From positions 282,766 through 321,543 of the forward strand of contig NW_014577087.1 of NCBI RefSeq assembly GCF_000485595.1: DNA of 38,778 nucleotides, in the 5' to 3' direction. Both the position numbers and the translations under genes were made by a program. The DNA is from Priapulus caudatus. Its lineage: Eukaryota. The first letter of the stretch is position 1. Each line of letters starts with the position of its first letter. Under the pieces are notes generated by a model that had not been told where the DNA came from, did no database searches, and worked only from the letters and a program-made list of their open reading frames with translations. Shown here in pieces: positions 1 through 10,907 of the stretch.

Positions 1-4
<4 letters not shown>

Positions 5-39
<35 letters not shown>

Positions 40-44
40 TCTCT

Positions 45-85
<41 letters not shown>

Positions 86-142
86 ATCTCTATCTCTATT
101 CTCTCTCTCACTCTCTATCTCTCTCACTCTCTTCTCTCTCTT

Positions 143-193
<51 letters not shown>

Positions 194-300
194 CTCTTTA
201 CTTCTGATTTCTTCTCTTTTTCCACTCTTTCGTCTTTATCTCACTATCTCGCGCTCTCTTCCCTCTCTCTGTATCTCCCTCTCCTCCCCCTATTCTCTCT
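5..300 (+). repeat. (CT)n microsatellite / polypyrimidine tract
   Basis: Direct inspection. Confidence 0.95.
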
Positions 301-404
301 GTAACCATCTTTCTTATCCATCCATCTTTGTTAACTGCTGTCACTGAAGTCTCAACTAATTTGCGGCCTTGCATTTCACTGTATGAATAGGCACTTCGAC
401 TTCC

Positions 405-755
405 ATGCAGTTCTCTAGTGCAGCTCGCGAGTGCAGTTCTCTAGTGCAGCTTACTAGTGCAGCTCACCATTGCAGCTCACTAGTGCTGCTCACTAGTGCA
501 GCTCCAGTGCAACTCACTTGTGCAGCTCAGTGCAACTCACTTGTGCAGACCACCAGTGCAGCTCGCCAGTGCAGTTTACTAGTTTAGCTTTCTAGTACAG
601 ATCTCTAGTGCAATTCACAAGTGCAGCTATCTCATACTGCTCTCCGCTGCAGATTACGAGTGCAGTTTACTAGTGCACTTTACTAGTGCAGTTTACTAGT
701 CAGTTTCTAGTGCAGTGTTACTAGTGCAGTTTACTAGCGCAGCTCTCTCTAATGC
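405..755 (+). repeat. Minisatellite, unit about 13 bp (CTAGTGCAGTTTA / CTAGTGCAGCTCA)
   Basis: Repeated AGTGCAG core at roughly 13-bp spacing. Confidence 0.9.
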
Positions 756-849
756 AGTAGCCTGGTCAGCGTTAGGGAGCAAATATGGATCGGTGGTTTC
801 TCAGTTATTGGATTATGCGATGGATTTCCTTTGTGGCTATGTTTTGCAG

Positions 850-975
850 ACGGTCTGACGGACTGTGAGGATGCAGAGTGCTGCAGTGAGACGGTGTGTC
901 AGGACCACGCCATGTGCGCGACGGCACCCGACCCGGACGAGGTGCTACTGAGGCGGCAACCACCCAGCATCACAG
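850..975 (+). CDS. Ten-m: Teneurin exon 5 of 22 in protein order: Cys-rich region after EGF8 (out of genomic order)
   Basis: ttttgcag acceptor, gtaag donor, phase 1/1. Encodes (D)GLTDCEDAECCSETVCQDHAMCATAPDPDEVLLRRQPPSIT, the teneurin D-G-L-x-D-C-x-D-x-x-C-C motif. Joins in frame to 6130-6276 upstream and 1885-2086 downstream. Confidence 0.93.
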
Positions 976-1689
976 GTAAGATCACAGACCAGTGTCTCTC
1001 ACAATACTCACACACAGTGTGCGTGCTATCAGACAGATCATCATTAGCTCAGGACCAAACCAACTCAAGTCCGAATCCATATCAAACTATATCAGTCGAC
1101 GTCTGAGCGAGCGCTCTCTTCGTCTAATACTCGATCCCCGAGGTGCCAAGTGTTTTCCCATCCAACACAAAATCCCCAGACGAATATGTCTTAACTTCAG
1201 CTTACACAGTAGGGGCAGTGTGGCCTGTGTTGTCGGCATAGATCCCACTCCATTCAATCCTCGACCTTTTTTGCGTGACCGCGGTGCAACGATCACCGCC
1301 TCGGGTCTTCGCATTAACGGAGGCAATAATACTCACCGCACTAAACACGAGAGCGATGAAGCCCGCTCAACAGTTGTAATCCCGAAAGCGCTCCTCGCTT
1401 CCTAACTATGCTCCTGATCCCCGTCGTGTTAAATACAGCCGGAATTTTAAGGTGCTTACAGTCGCTTCCTATTGCAAATTAAATACCCGGGTAACATAAT
1501 GCCAGGTATTGTTACCCTAATAGCTTCTTGCCGCGTCTCCGTCCACAAAGTGAGTCAACGCGTCAGCAACACTTCGCGCTGTTGTCTGCCGAAACAATGG
1601 CGTCGAGATTTCGGCGCCTTGTCTAATTAACATATAGCTTTTGTGTTCGCCACGGAAAGGCGTTACGCGCACGCGGGAGCTTAATTATG

Positions 1690-1724
1690 ACTCTCTTTCT
1701 CTCCCTCTCTCGTTCGCCCTCTCT

Positions 1725-1763
<39 letters not shown>

Positions 1764-1790
1764 TTCTTTCTCTTCTCTCTACCTCCGTCG

Positions 1791-1851
<61 letters not shown>

Positions 1852-1852
1852 T
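1690..1852 (+). repeat. (CT)n microsatellite upstream of exon 6
   Basis: Direct inspection; noisy counterpart at 7861-8072. Confidence 0.95.
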
Positions 1853-1884
1853 ATCGCCCTCTGTGTCTGGCTCGCCCCGTACAG

Positions 1885-2086
1885 CGTCCTTCTACGACCG
1901 CACGCGCTTCCTCGTCGAGGAAGGCAGCGTGCAGAGCTACGCCCACCAGAGTGCGCTCAACGCCAGCCGAGTGTCGGTCATCATCGGTCACGTCGTCAAC
2001 CAGCACGGCTCGCCCGTCGTCGGCGTGAGGGTCAGCGTGATGACCGAGCCGCTGTTTGGATTCACACTCACGAGACAAGATGGCAG
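1885..2086 (+). CDS. Ten-m: Teneurin exon 6: start of the TTR/carboxypeptidase-regulatory-like domain (out of genomic order)
   Basis: gtacag acceptor, gtgag donor, phase 1/2. ASFYDRTRFLVEEGSVQSYAHQSALNASRVSVIIGHVVNQHGSPVVGVRVSVMTEPLFGFTLTRQDG(R), continuing into YDLLVNGGG at 9676. Confidence 0.93.
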
Positions 2087-2451
2087 GTGAGCGCGCCAGC
2101 GACCTCTAGCGGCGCAGAAACGAACACACGGGGATAATGTGGCGGGAAGGGGGGGGGCACATGTGCGGCGGGCGTGTTCGGTTCCTTTTCTTCTCGTGGT
2201 AGATTTTTAACTGAGAGTTTATCCCGCGGTTGAGATACGAGATGATATACCTTGTAGGTAATGATAACCGGTAGGTACTCCGGGATGCGAATAGGGATTA
2301 ATTACGAGAGATTACACAAAATGTTTATCAGTACGTACTAATTACCTGAGAGATTACCTGCGAATTTGCTATCGAATAAATTACGTGCACTCTCGCAGCA
2401 AACGTGCTCCGAAGGTGCGTGGGCACAGAGTAGCGAGAGCTGGTGCAGTGT

Positions 2452-2562
2452 TAGCTCTAGTACTATAGCCCGCGTTCATTAACTGCCGCAGGCCTGCCGC
2501 AGTTTCATTAACTGCCGCAGGCCTGCGGCAGTTAATGAACGCGGGCTATAGTACTAGAGCTA
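2452..2562. mobile_element. 111-bp palindromic MITE-like element with a 9-bp target-site duplication
   Basis: Perfect 45-bp inverted arms (TAGCTCTAGTACTATAGCCCGCGTTCATTAACTGCCGCAGGCCTG). GTGCAGTGT flanks both sides (2443-2451 and 2563-2571). Confidence 0.75.
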
Positions 2563-2931
2563 GTGCAGTGTTAAACCCATGACACATGCTTCAAGAAATG
2601 TTGCCAACTTCGTTTAACATAAAAGCGGTTAAACAACACATGTTGGTAGAATCTGTTGAGCTTGAAGGCAGTTTCTCTATTTCTCGAACCACAGTTCATC
2701 GTGTTACCTCGCATGATATCAAGAGAGACGGGGAAGAACAAATAAGTGCGAGATAGAAGTGGGCCAGAGAGAGACGGAATGGGAGAGTAATACTGAGAAC
2801 GAAAGATAGAGAGAAAGAGGAAGAGAGACCGACGGACAGAGAGGGGAAGAAACCCATCAAATCATTCACCGTCAATTGACCGGTGTTCACTCGGGTGTAC
2901 GTCTAATGGCACGGTGTTTGTGTTGCTGCAG

Positions 2932-3126
2932 GCGTCTGTCCCGTACTGTGCAGCTCTAACGGGGTCTACCACCGTGGCGAGTGCAAGTGTCACCCAGGCT
3001 GGAAGGGCGTGGAATGCGACATCCCGTCTAACCAGTGCGCAGATCCCATGTGTAGCGGCAGAGGGCGATGCATCGACGGAACCTGTATTTGTCTCAACGG
3101 ATACAAGGGAGAAAACTGCTCAGAAG
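2932..3126 (+). CDS. Ten-m: Teneurin exon 1 in window: EGF repeats 2 and 3
   Basis: gctgcag acceptor, gttagt donor, phase 1/1. [67 protein letters not shown]2 has Tyr in place of the third Cys, a teneurin hallmark. Confidence 0.95.
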
Positions 3127-4061
3127 GTTAGTGCAGGCGCCAGCGCACTAGCTAAACATCGCCGCTACGCATAGAAAGCGGAAAATGTAGCTGTCTGCAG
3201 CGTTCACTTGTTTCGCCATTTCGCTTCCTAGTCGAGAGCGTTTCGGTTGAAAACAAGTGAACGCTGAAACGCGCAGACGACGTCGCCGACTAAGTCATAT
3301 GTAAATGTCGTATTTAGTTGTTGTTGGACGTATGAAATTTATTTGCTATGATCGAACGTTGAAAAGGCAACTGGCTTTCGTCTTTGAAAATTCGTAGGGG
3401 CTTACGAACCCTACACTATGCTCATGATTAATGAATATGCCAGCCCGCAAGCCAGTTGCCTTCTTTGACAGCATGCAATCGAAAGAGTTCTCATGCCTCA
3501 ATGGCATAATCTAAATAAATATTAGATGTTAGTTTTTTTTAAATCATCACTGTTAGCTATGCCGCTTTGGGAGTTAGCACACGTTACGCGATCGTTTCAG
3601 TTGCATTTCCTTTTCCATTCGCTCGCTTTTAATTGCTTCAGCGCCATTTATAACGTAGACTCGTTCGCTTCTCTCGAGTAGAGCTCTCTCGCTCCGCTGC
3701 CGCTGCATGCAAAAATCATCGCCCCCAAACCCCGGCAATTCGGATTGCGATACATCCTAGCACACAGGTGACCGGGACCTTCAAACACGACCGCTGGTTG
3801 TAAGCCACTGTCGGCGAGAGCAAATCGGGAATGCGAAACTACTTCGGAGTTGCTCCAAGTGAAATGTTTATGAGTAGTAGATCTCTCCATCAGGCAGCTC
3901 GGCGTTTATAAAGGGTTACGAACAAAATCGAATGGAAACTTCGAGTTAATTCGCTTTCCCGATTCCCTCTGCACTGAGAAGCGTCCGCAAAGCAACGGTC
4001 AGAGTCGATATGCGCCTTCGCACACCTCGTAGCACGTGTATTCACCTGCTTGCACTTACAG

Positions 4062-4268
4062 TTGACTGCCCCTCACCTGACTGCACCGGCCATGGCATGT
4101 GTGCAAACGGCACTTGTTTGTGTTACCGTGGTTACCGCGGCGACGATTGCGGTGTCGTTGACACTGCGGCAATGTGCAAGAAGGAGTGCTCCAATCACGG
4201 CACCTACAGGGAAGACCTTGACATCTGTATTTGCGATCCAAACTGGACGGGTGCCGACTGCTCAGAAG
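4062..4268 (+). CDS. Ten-m: Teneurin exon 2: EGF repeats 4 and 5
   Basis: cttacag acceptor, gtaac donor, phase 1/1. VDCPSPDCTGHGMCANGTCLCYRGYRGDDC...CKKECSNHGTYREDLDICICDPNWTGADCSE. EGF5 also has the Cys-to-Tyr substitution. Confidence 0.95.
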
Positions 4269-4717
4269 GTAACACGCACCGCTCCCGCTCCCTAATACGT
4301 ACGTAACACGCGCACGCACGCATGCACACATACGCGCGCGCACACACACAATCATTTACCCACGCGCCATGCCGAACAAAATATCGATGCCTGTGTCGTC
4401 GTCTGAGCATGTCATCAACACTGTCGCATGCTTGTCTGTTGTGTCGTGACTGTCTGTGTCTTCTTTGTCGATATGCTACGATGTGTAGTATATGACATCG
4501 CCGTGTCACCCGTCAGCGAGCGCTAATGTCGCGAGATGGCGAGGGGACACGAGAGCTACGGATGCAATTATCACTAGTCGGCCACACGTCTGCTTTCGCG
4601 CACGTGTCGCCTGTTCGCCTGTCGTGTGTCTAATCCTACGCTTGTTTCGTTTTCAGGCGCTGTCGTGTTTTGCGTGCGTGTGTGCGTCCGCCTTGTTTAC
4701 ATGTTATGTGCGGTATG

Positions 4718-4765
4718 CGTGTGTGTGTGTGTGTGTGTGTGGGTGGTGTGTGTGTGTGTGTGTGT

Positions 4766-4807
<42 letters not shown>

Positions 4808-4890
4808 TGCGTGCGTGCGTGCTTACGTGTGTGTGTGTGTGCGTGCGTGCGTGCGTTCGTGCGTGTGTGCGTGCGTGCGTGCGTGCGTGA
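4718..4890 (+). repeat. (GT)n/(GCGT)n microsatellite
   Basis: Direct inspection. Confidence 0.95.
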
Positions 4891-5253
4891 GATGTACGCT
4901 CCTTGCGAATGCTGTACTGTTACGCGTTAAAACGTCGTTTTTGTCCGTTTCTCGTATGAATGCCCCTGCCCCTGCCCATCTTCCCCTCTTCACTCTCCTC
5001 CAGCTTAACTTAATACCTTCTCAGGAGAATATCTATAGGATTTATGAAGATAGCAGATGCCATACGTGTGCGTAACGTAAGCGTCTTGGGCAAGAATAAC
5101 AGTAGCAGCCTTGAATGATGGCTCATTGCTAATTAATTGCTAGAAATGGGAGGCTGCCTTTAATCCCCGGTATGCCCATCGCTGGACCCTCTCGTGTGTC
5201 CAGCACTCAGCCCCTCGGGCAGTACTCTGACCACACGTGCCGCCGTTTTACAG

Positions 5254-5439
5254 AGCGTTGCGCAGTGGACTGCGGTCAACACGGCGTGTGTCAGAACGGT
5301 CGCTGTCAGTGCGACAGTGGCTGGACAGCGCCGGAGTGCGACGTGCGCACGTGCGACCCGCGCTGCCTGCACCACGGCACATGCGACAACGGAACCTGCA
5401 CCTGTCACCCGGGTTGGAACGGCAATCACTGCCTGCTAG
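5254..5439 (+). CDS. Ten-m: Teneurin exon 3: EGF repeats 6 and 7
   Basis: ttttacag acceptor, gtacg donor, phase 1/1. ERCAVDCGQHGVCQNGRCQCDSGWTAPECDVRTCDPRCLHHGTCDNGTCTCHPGWNGNHCLL. Confidence 0.95.
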   Translation, partial: SVAQWTAVNTACVRTVAVSATVAGQRRSATCARATRAACTTAHATTEPAPVTRVGTAITAC

Positions 5440-5684
5440 GTACGAGAGACTATAGACCTGCAATTGTTACGTCGTTACACACATCCATTCTCTTGATCAG
5501 TTTAACGACGGGATGCATGGGTGTCATTGTTTGTAAGCTTGCAAGATATTACCATTTTTAATGCAGGCTCTGCATGTTTGGATTAAAAAAATACCACCAT
5601 GCATTACGTGCACTAAATTGTGCATCTCGGGAATTAGAATAGGATCATTCTTGCAGTCATGAGTGTAGCAATTCATTCGATAAG

Positions 5685-5972
5685 GTGTGTGTGCGCGCGT
5701 GTGCGTGTGCGTGTGCGTGTGTGTGTGCGTGTGCGTGTGCGTGTGCGTGTGCGTGTGTGTGTGTGTGCGCGCGTGTGTACGTGCGTGTGCGTGTGTACGT
5801 GCGTGTGCGTGTGCGTGTGCGTGTGCGTGTGTGTGTGCGCGCGTGTGTGCGTACGTCTGCGTGTATATGTGTGTGGGTGTGTGCGTGTGCGTGTGTGTGT
5901 GCGCGCGTGTGTGCGTACGTCTGCGTGTATATGTGTGTGGGTGTGTGTGTGTGCGCGCGTGCATGTGTGCGT
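5685..5972 (+). repeat. Compound (GT)n/(GTGTGC)n microsatellite with an internal ~60-bp duplication
   Basis: Direct inspection; GTGCGTACGTCTGCGTGTATATGTGTGTGGG occurs twice. Confidence 0.93.
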
Positions 5973-6129
5973 GCTTGCGGTTGTGTGCTAATAATGTAGA
6001 ACGCATTTACGTAAGGCAATTAATGGCTGTAAATTCAGGTCGATTAATGGGTGAATTTATATTGTCCTACGTGCTAGCATGATAAAATGATGAACTAATA
6101 CGCAAACTTTCTGTATTGTTGGCACACAG

Positions 6130-6276
6130 ACGGCTGCCCAGCCGGCTGCAGCGGCCACGGTACGTGCAAGCAGGAGAATGATCAATGGGAGTGTGGCTGC
6201 TTCACCTCGTGGGCTGGCATTGGCTGCAGCATTCCGCAGGAAATGGAGTGCAATGACAGGGTTGACAACGACAACG
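6130..6276 (+). CDS. Ten-m: Teneurin exon 4: EGF repeat 8 and start of the Cys-rich region
   Basis: cacacag acceptor, gtgagt donor, phase 1/1. DGCPAGCSGHGTCKQENDQWECGCFTSWAGIGCSIPQEMECNDRVDNDN. Not shown in this frame in the ORF track. Confidence 0.93.
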
Positions 6277-6720
6277 GTGAGTGACAATAGTCAGCGCGCT
6301 ACTTACCTATCTCCCTACCTACTTACCTACCTACCAAACATTGGGCACGACCGACTGCCAGAGAGCGAAAATATGAAAGCGAGTGGGTTTTCGGAAAAAT
6401 GGCAGAGTTAATTCTTGTTGGTACTCGGATATTAACCCAGCAACGCCTTAGCATGACTCTTGACACTGAGGAATATAAGAGGGGGATTAAGAGAACTCAT
6501 ATCGTCACTACAATCTCAAGTGTTATATTATCCACGTCTGTAGGCGCAAAGTAATTACGTCACAGGAAATAGTGCTACTACTTTTCTTTCGCATAACATA
6601 ATAAGTATAACAATGCACACTCATCGTGACGTGTTTACTTTAACCAGAGAGCAAATGCAAGCGGTGTGGCTGTGTTGTGACCGTGGAAATATATAGAGAC
6701 ACCTATATAATATATACAAT

Positions 6721-6776
<56 letters not shown>

Positions 6777-6905
6777 CGCGAGCGAGAGAGAGAGAGAGAG
6801 AGAAGAAGAGAGGACGCGAGAGAGAGAGAGATGGAGAGAGGGAGAGAGAAGAGGAGGAGAGATGAGAGAGAGAGAGAGCGAGAGCGAGAGAGAGAGGCGA
6901 GAGAG
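6721..6905 (+). repeat. (TA)n then (GA)n microsatellite
   Basis: Direct inspection. Confidence 0.93.
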
Positions 6906-6970
6906 CAGAGCTGTATACATACTATATTGATTTTCAATTGAGTTGTGAGTGTGCGTGTGTGGCGGTGCAG

Positions 6971-7893
6971 ACGGTCTGACGGACTTTGTGAGGATGCGGT
7001 GCTGCAGTGAGACGGCATCTCGCGAAAGCCGCGCAGCTGTGTCAAGGACCAGCCACGGGGGTACGATTGTGCGCGCACGGGCACAGCCGGACCGGACGAC
7101 GGTGTAACTGACGGCGGCAAACCACCCAGCGATCACAGGTAAGATACAGACCAGGGTCTCTCACAATTACTCACACACAGTGTGCACCGTGCTAATCAGA
7201 CAAATCATGCATGAGTAGACAACAACTGCAAAGCCGGAATCCATATAAAATTATATCAGTCGATTCTAGCGAGCGCTTAGGATCTAATACTCGATCGCGA
7301 AGTGCAGTTGTTTTCCAATCAACACAAATCCACAGACGAATATGTCTTAACTTCGCTTACACAGTAGGGGCGTGTGCGACCCTGTGTTGTCGGACGATAG
7401 ATCACTCCATTTTCAATCCTCGACAACTTTTTGAGTGGACCGCGGGTGAACGATCCCGACACTCGGGTCTATCAGGCATAACGGGGGCATATATCTCACG
7501 CGCCACTAAACACGGAGAGCGATGAAGCGCGCATCAACAGTTGTAATCCCGAAAGCGTCTCGCTTTTATAACTATGTACCATGATCCCCGTCGTGTTAAA
7601 TACAGCCGAATTAGGTGATTACAGTCGCCCTCCTATTGCCAATTAATACCGGGTAATCATTATGCGGATATTTGGTCCATAATAGCTTCTTGCCGCGTCC
7701 CGCGTCGACAAAGTGGGTCAAACCTGTCAGCACAACTTCGCGCTGTATGTCTGCCGAACAATGGCGTGAGATTTCGGACGCCTTGTCTAATTAACATATA
7801 GCTTTTGTCTGTGTTCGGCCACGGAAAGGCGTCTAAGCGCACGCGGGAGCCTTAATTTGACTCTCTTTCTTCTCCCTCTCTCGTTCGCCTTCT

Positions 7894-7946
<53 letters not shown>

Positions 7947-8965
7947 TTCTCTCTCTTTCTTTCTCTCTCTCTACCTGTCCGTCGCGTGTCTCTCTCTCTC
8001 TCTATCTCTCTCTTCTCTCTATTCTAGTCCGTCGCTGGGTCTCTCTCTCTCTCTCTCCTATCCTCCTCTCTCATCGCCTTCTGTTCTGGCTCGCCCGTAC
8101 GGTCCTTCTAACGACCGACACGGCTTCCTTCGTCGAGGAGGCAGCGTGCAGAGCTACGCCCACCAGAGTGACGCATGCAACGGCCAGCGACAGTGATCCG
8201 AGGATCTCATCGGGTCAGTCGTTCAACCATGCACGGCTGCGCCGTCGTCGGCGTTGCAGGGTCAGCGTGATGAACGAGCCGCCTGTTTGGATCTCACATC
8301 ACGAGACAGGATGGCAGGGTGAGCGGCCAGCGACCTCTAGCGGCGCGAGAAACGAACACACGGCGAGATAAGGTGGCGGGAGGGGGGGGGCACATGTGCG
8401 GCGGGGCGGTGTTCGGTTCCTTTTGCTCGTCGGTAGATTTTTAACTGAGGTTTATCCGGTTGGAGATACGAGATGCATATACCTGTAGGTAATGTAACGG
8501 GTAGGTATACGGGATGCGAATAGGGAGCATTAATTACGACAAGATTACACAAAATGAGTATCAAGTTAGCGTGACTGTATGAGAGAAGAGATGTACCTCG
8601 CGAATTGGAATAGTGCGAATAAATGACGTGCGCTTACGCAGCAAGACCGATGGATCGAAGAGTGCGTGGCAGGACAGCAAGTAGCGAGAGTGGCAGAGCG
8701 CACAGTGTTGAGAGCTCGAGTCTAGTAGCCGCGTTCATGTAACTGCCGCAGGCTTGCGCGCAGGTAATGACGCGGGGCGTATGTAGCTACTAGAGCTTAG
8801 TGACGAGTGATTAAACCCGATGAACATGCTTCAAGATATGTTGCCAATTCGTTTAACATAAAAGCGGTTAAACAACACATTGGTTGGTAGATCTGTTGAG
8901 CTTGAAGCAGTTCTCTATTTCTCGAACCCGTTCATCGTTAAGTTACCTCGCATGATATCAAGAGC
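6971..8965 (+). pseudogene. Indel-riddled second copy of 850-2725 (exons 5 and 6 plus introns); probably an uncorrected long read rather than a true pseudogene
   Basis: Collinear with 850-2725 throughout, with frequent single-base indels in exon and intron alike. The exon 5 copy spans 6971-7138 (168 nt versus 126 nt); the exon 6 copy is about 8100-8318. Reading frames are destroyed. Confidence 0.85.
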
Positions 8966-9300
8966 TAATATACTAGTATGTACACGGGAAAAACGGGAAA
9001 ATGAGTGCTATTTCACCCCGGGCATTTATTCTACTTTGCCTGCGGTCTTTAGATAGTTTTATGCGTATTGCATTAAGCAGCAATTCTTTGCTCTCTATAA
9101 CACGAGCCACCGAATTGTCAATACGTACTCCTAGGCTGAGTATTGCTCGTAAACTTCTTCTCACAGGCCTACGGGCTTCGGATCCACATCGAGTCCAGGC
9201 ATCCTTCTCGCCGTAAGGTTGCTTTGTGAGAGTTCGGTTTTTCCACGATAACTATTTTCCCGTTTTTCCGTTGTACACTCTAGGTATTATTAGCTCTTGA
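8958..9300. mobile_element. MITE-like element with ~45-bp terminal inverted repeats, inside a larger degenerate inverted repeat (about 8810-9430)
   Basis: TCAAGAGCTAATATACTAGTATGTACACGGGAAAAACGGGAAAAT (8958-9002) pairs with ATTTTCCCGTTTTTCCGTTGTACACTCTAGGTATTATTAGCTCTTGA (9254-9300). Confidence 0.65.
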
Positions 9301-9498
9301 TGATATCTGCAACACGCGGCATGTCGCACGGTTCAGCGAATGTTGGTAGAAATTTCTTCAACCTTTACCTTTACCTTTACTTATGTTAAGTTACAGCATT
9401 TGTTGAACCTCATGTCATGCATGGGTTATTAATCGTCTTCATCACTTAATCTTGAGGTTGAGAGCTGTAAGCTGTACCGAGCGTCATTGGCTTAACCG

Positions 9499-9580
<82 letters not shown>

Positions 9581-9600
9581 CCTCTCTCCCCCTCTGTCTC
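9499..9600 (+). repeat. (CT)n microsatellite
   Basis: Direct inspection. Confidence 0.95.
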
Positions 9601-9675
9601 ACTCAGGGTTGAGAGATGTCGGTCGTACGGTGTGTCGTGAACTAAACTTAACCTTCGCTCTCTCGCCCTTATTAG

Positions 9676-10114
9676 GTACGATCTCCTCGTGAACGGCGGA
9701 GGCACCATCATCCTCCAGTTCCAGCGCACGCCCTACCAGACCGCCGACACGGCCGTCATGGTGCCCTGGAACCAGATCGTCACAGTCGACGCCGTCGTCC
9801 TGACGCCGACGTCGGCAGCGCCGCCCGCGCTCGTCGCCGAGCACGCGGGCGAGCGCTGTCCCGTGCACGACTTCCACGTGATGAAGCCGGTCGTCGTGTC
9901 GACGTGGCAGATGTCGCATCGCGGCGGCTGCGCGACCGAGCGCGCCGTGCTCGCCGAGTCGCAGGTGCTGCAGGAGCGCGTGCCAATCCCAGGTACGCGG
10001 CTCAACCTCGTCTACCACAGCAGCAAGATGTCCGGTTACCTGTCGACGCTCATCATGAAGCTGACGCCGCCGACGCTACCGGAGACGCTGCAGACGGTCG
10101 TGGTGAGGGTGGAG
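9676..10114 (+). CDS. Ten-m: Teneurin exon 7: TTR domain into the FN-plug region
   Basis: ttattag acceptor, gtacgt donor, phase 2/0. YDLLVNGGGTIILQFQRTPY...VPWNQIVTVDAVVL...AESQVLQERVPIPGTRLNLVYHSSKMSGYLSTL...VVVRVE. Confidence 0.95.
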
Positions 10115-10467
10115 GTACGTGGACGGGGTTAGCACTGGTTGTGTAGACCAAGCATTTCTATAAGGCGTATAAAGAATTAGAGCGATACTTTTGTGACGAT
10201 AAGGTTAGGGTTGTGGATAGGGTTGGGGATTTTCATTTGTGTGTGTGTGTGTGTGTGTTTGTTTGTTGTTTGTTTGTTTGTTTGTTTGTGAGGGCTGCGT
10301 GCGTGTCTGGGACAGGGGGAGTCTTGGAGGTTTGTTTGCGCCAATGAGATAACTCGTGATAACAGGCCTCTATATGCTTTTCATGTTTTTGCGATATGTT
10401 ATTGTATATTATATTTCTTATTTAATGTTTCCTAACGTTACTTAGCTGAGTTTCTTCGATGTTATAG

Positions 10468-10585
10468 GTGGAAGGTGTAAAGTATGAGACCACACTAGAA
10501 GCAGAGCCATCGCTGAAGTTCACTTATGCCTGGAACCGTAGAAACATCTACCGACAGAGAGTGTACGGAATAGTGACGGCCAGAG
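10468..10585 (+). CDS. Ten-m: Teneurin exon 8 (FN plug)
   Basis: gttatag acceptor, gtaagt donor, phase 0/1. VEGVKYETTLEAEPSLKFTYAWNRRNIYRQRVYGIVTAR. Confidence 0.94.
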
Positions 10586-10907
10586 GTAAGTCCGCATTCT
10601 CATAGGTTCATTCACACCAGTCGTTCGATCAACATCGTGTCCAATCATTTATCCATCTCAAACGTTACACAGCATATTAGCCAATGCCCCTGTGAGCAGA
10701 CAGCAGATACATTAAAACTATCAAGAGAAATAACACCCCCATTTATTATTAATTCGAATCTATCGTTGTTACTTTATAATATAGAATATGATAATAATAT
10801 TAATAATAATAATAACAAGAAGAAGAAGAAGAAGAGTGGAAAAAAGAAGAGGTTATTACACAGTTTACTATATGATCGTGTTTGTGTGTGTGTCTGTTCG
10901 CGTGCAG

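Noticed and set aside
992..1405. 137-aa intronic ORF
   Set aside because: No recognisable motif or convincing splice sites; possibly an old repeat fragment, which I cannot support.
4492..6082. Long Cys/Val/Arg- or His/Thr-rich ORFs (also 17587-18015 and 21152-21730)
   Set aside because: Translations of (GT)n/(CA)n/(GA)n microsatellites.
2932..6276. Tenascin or Notch-like EGF protein
   Set aside because: The Cys-to-Tyr pattern in repeats 2 and 5 and the downstream domains identify teneurin.
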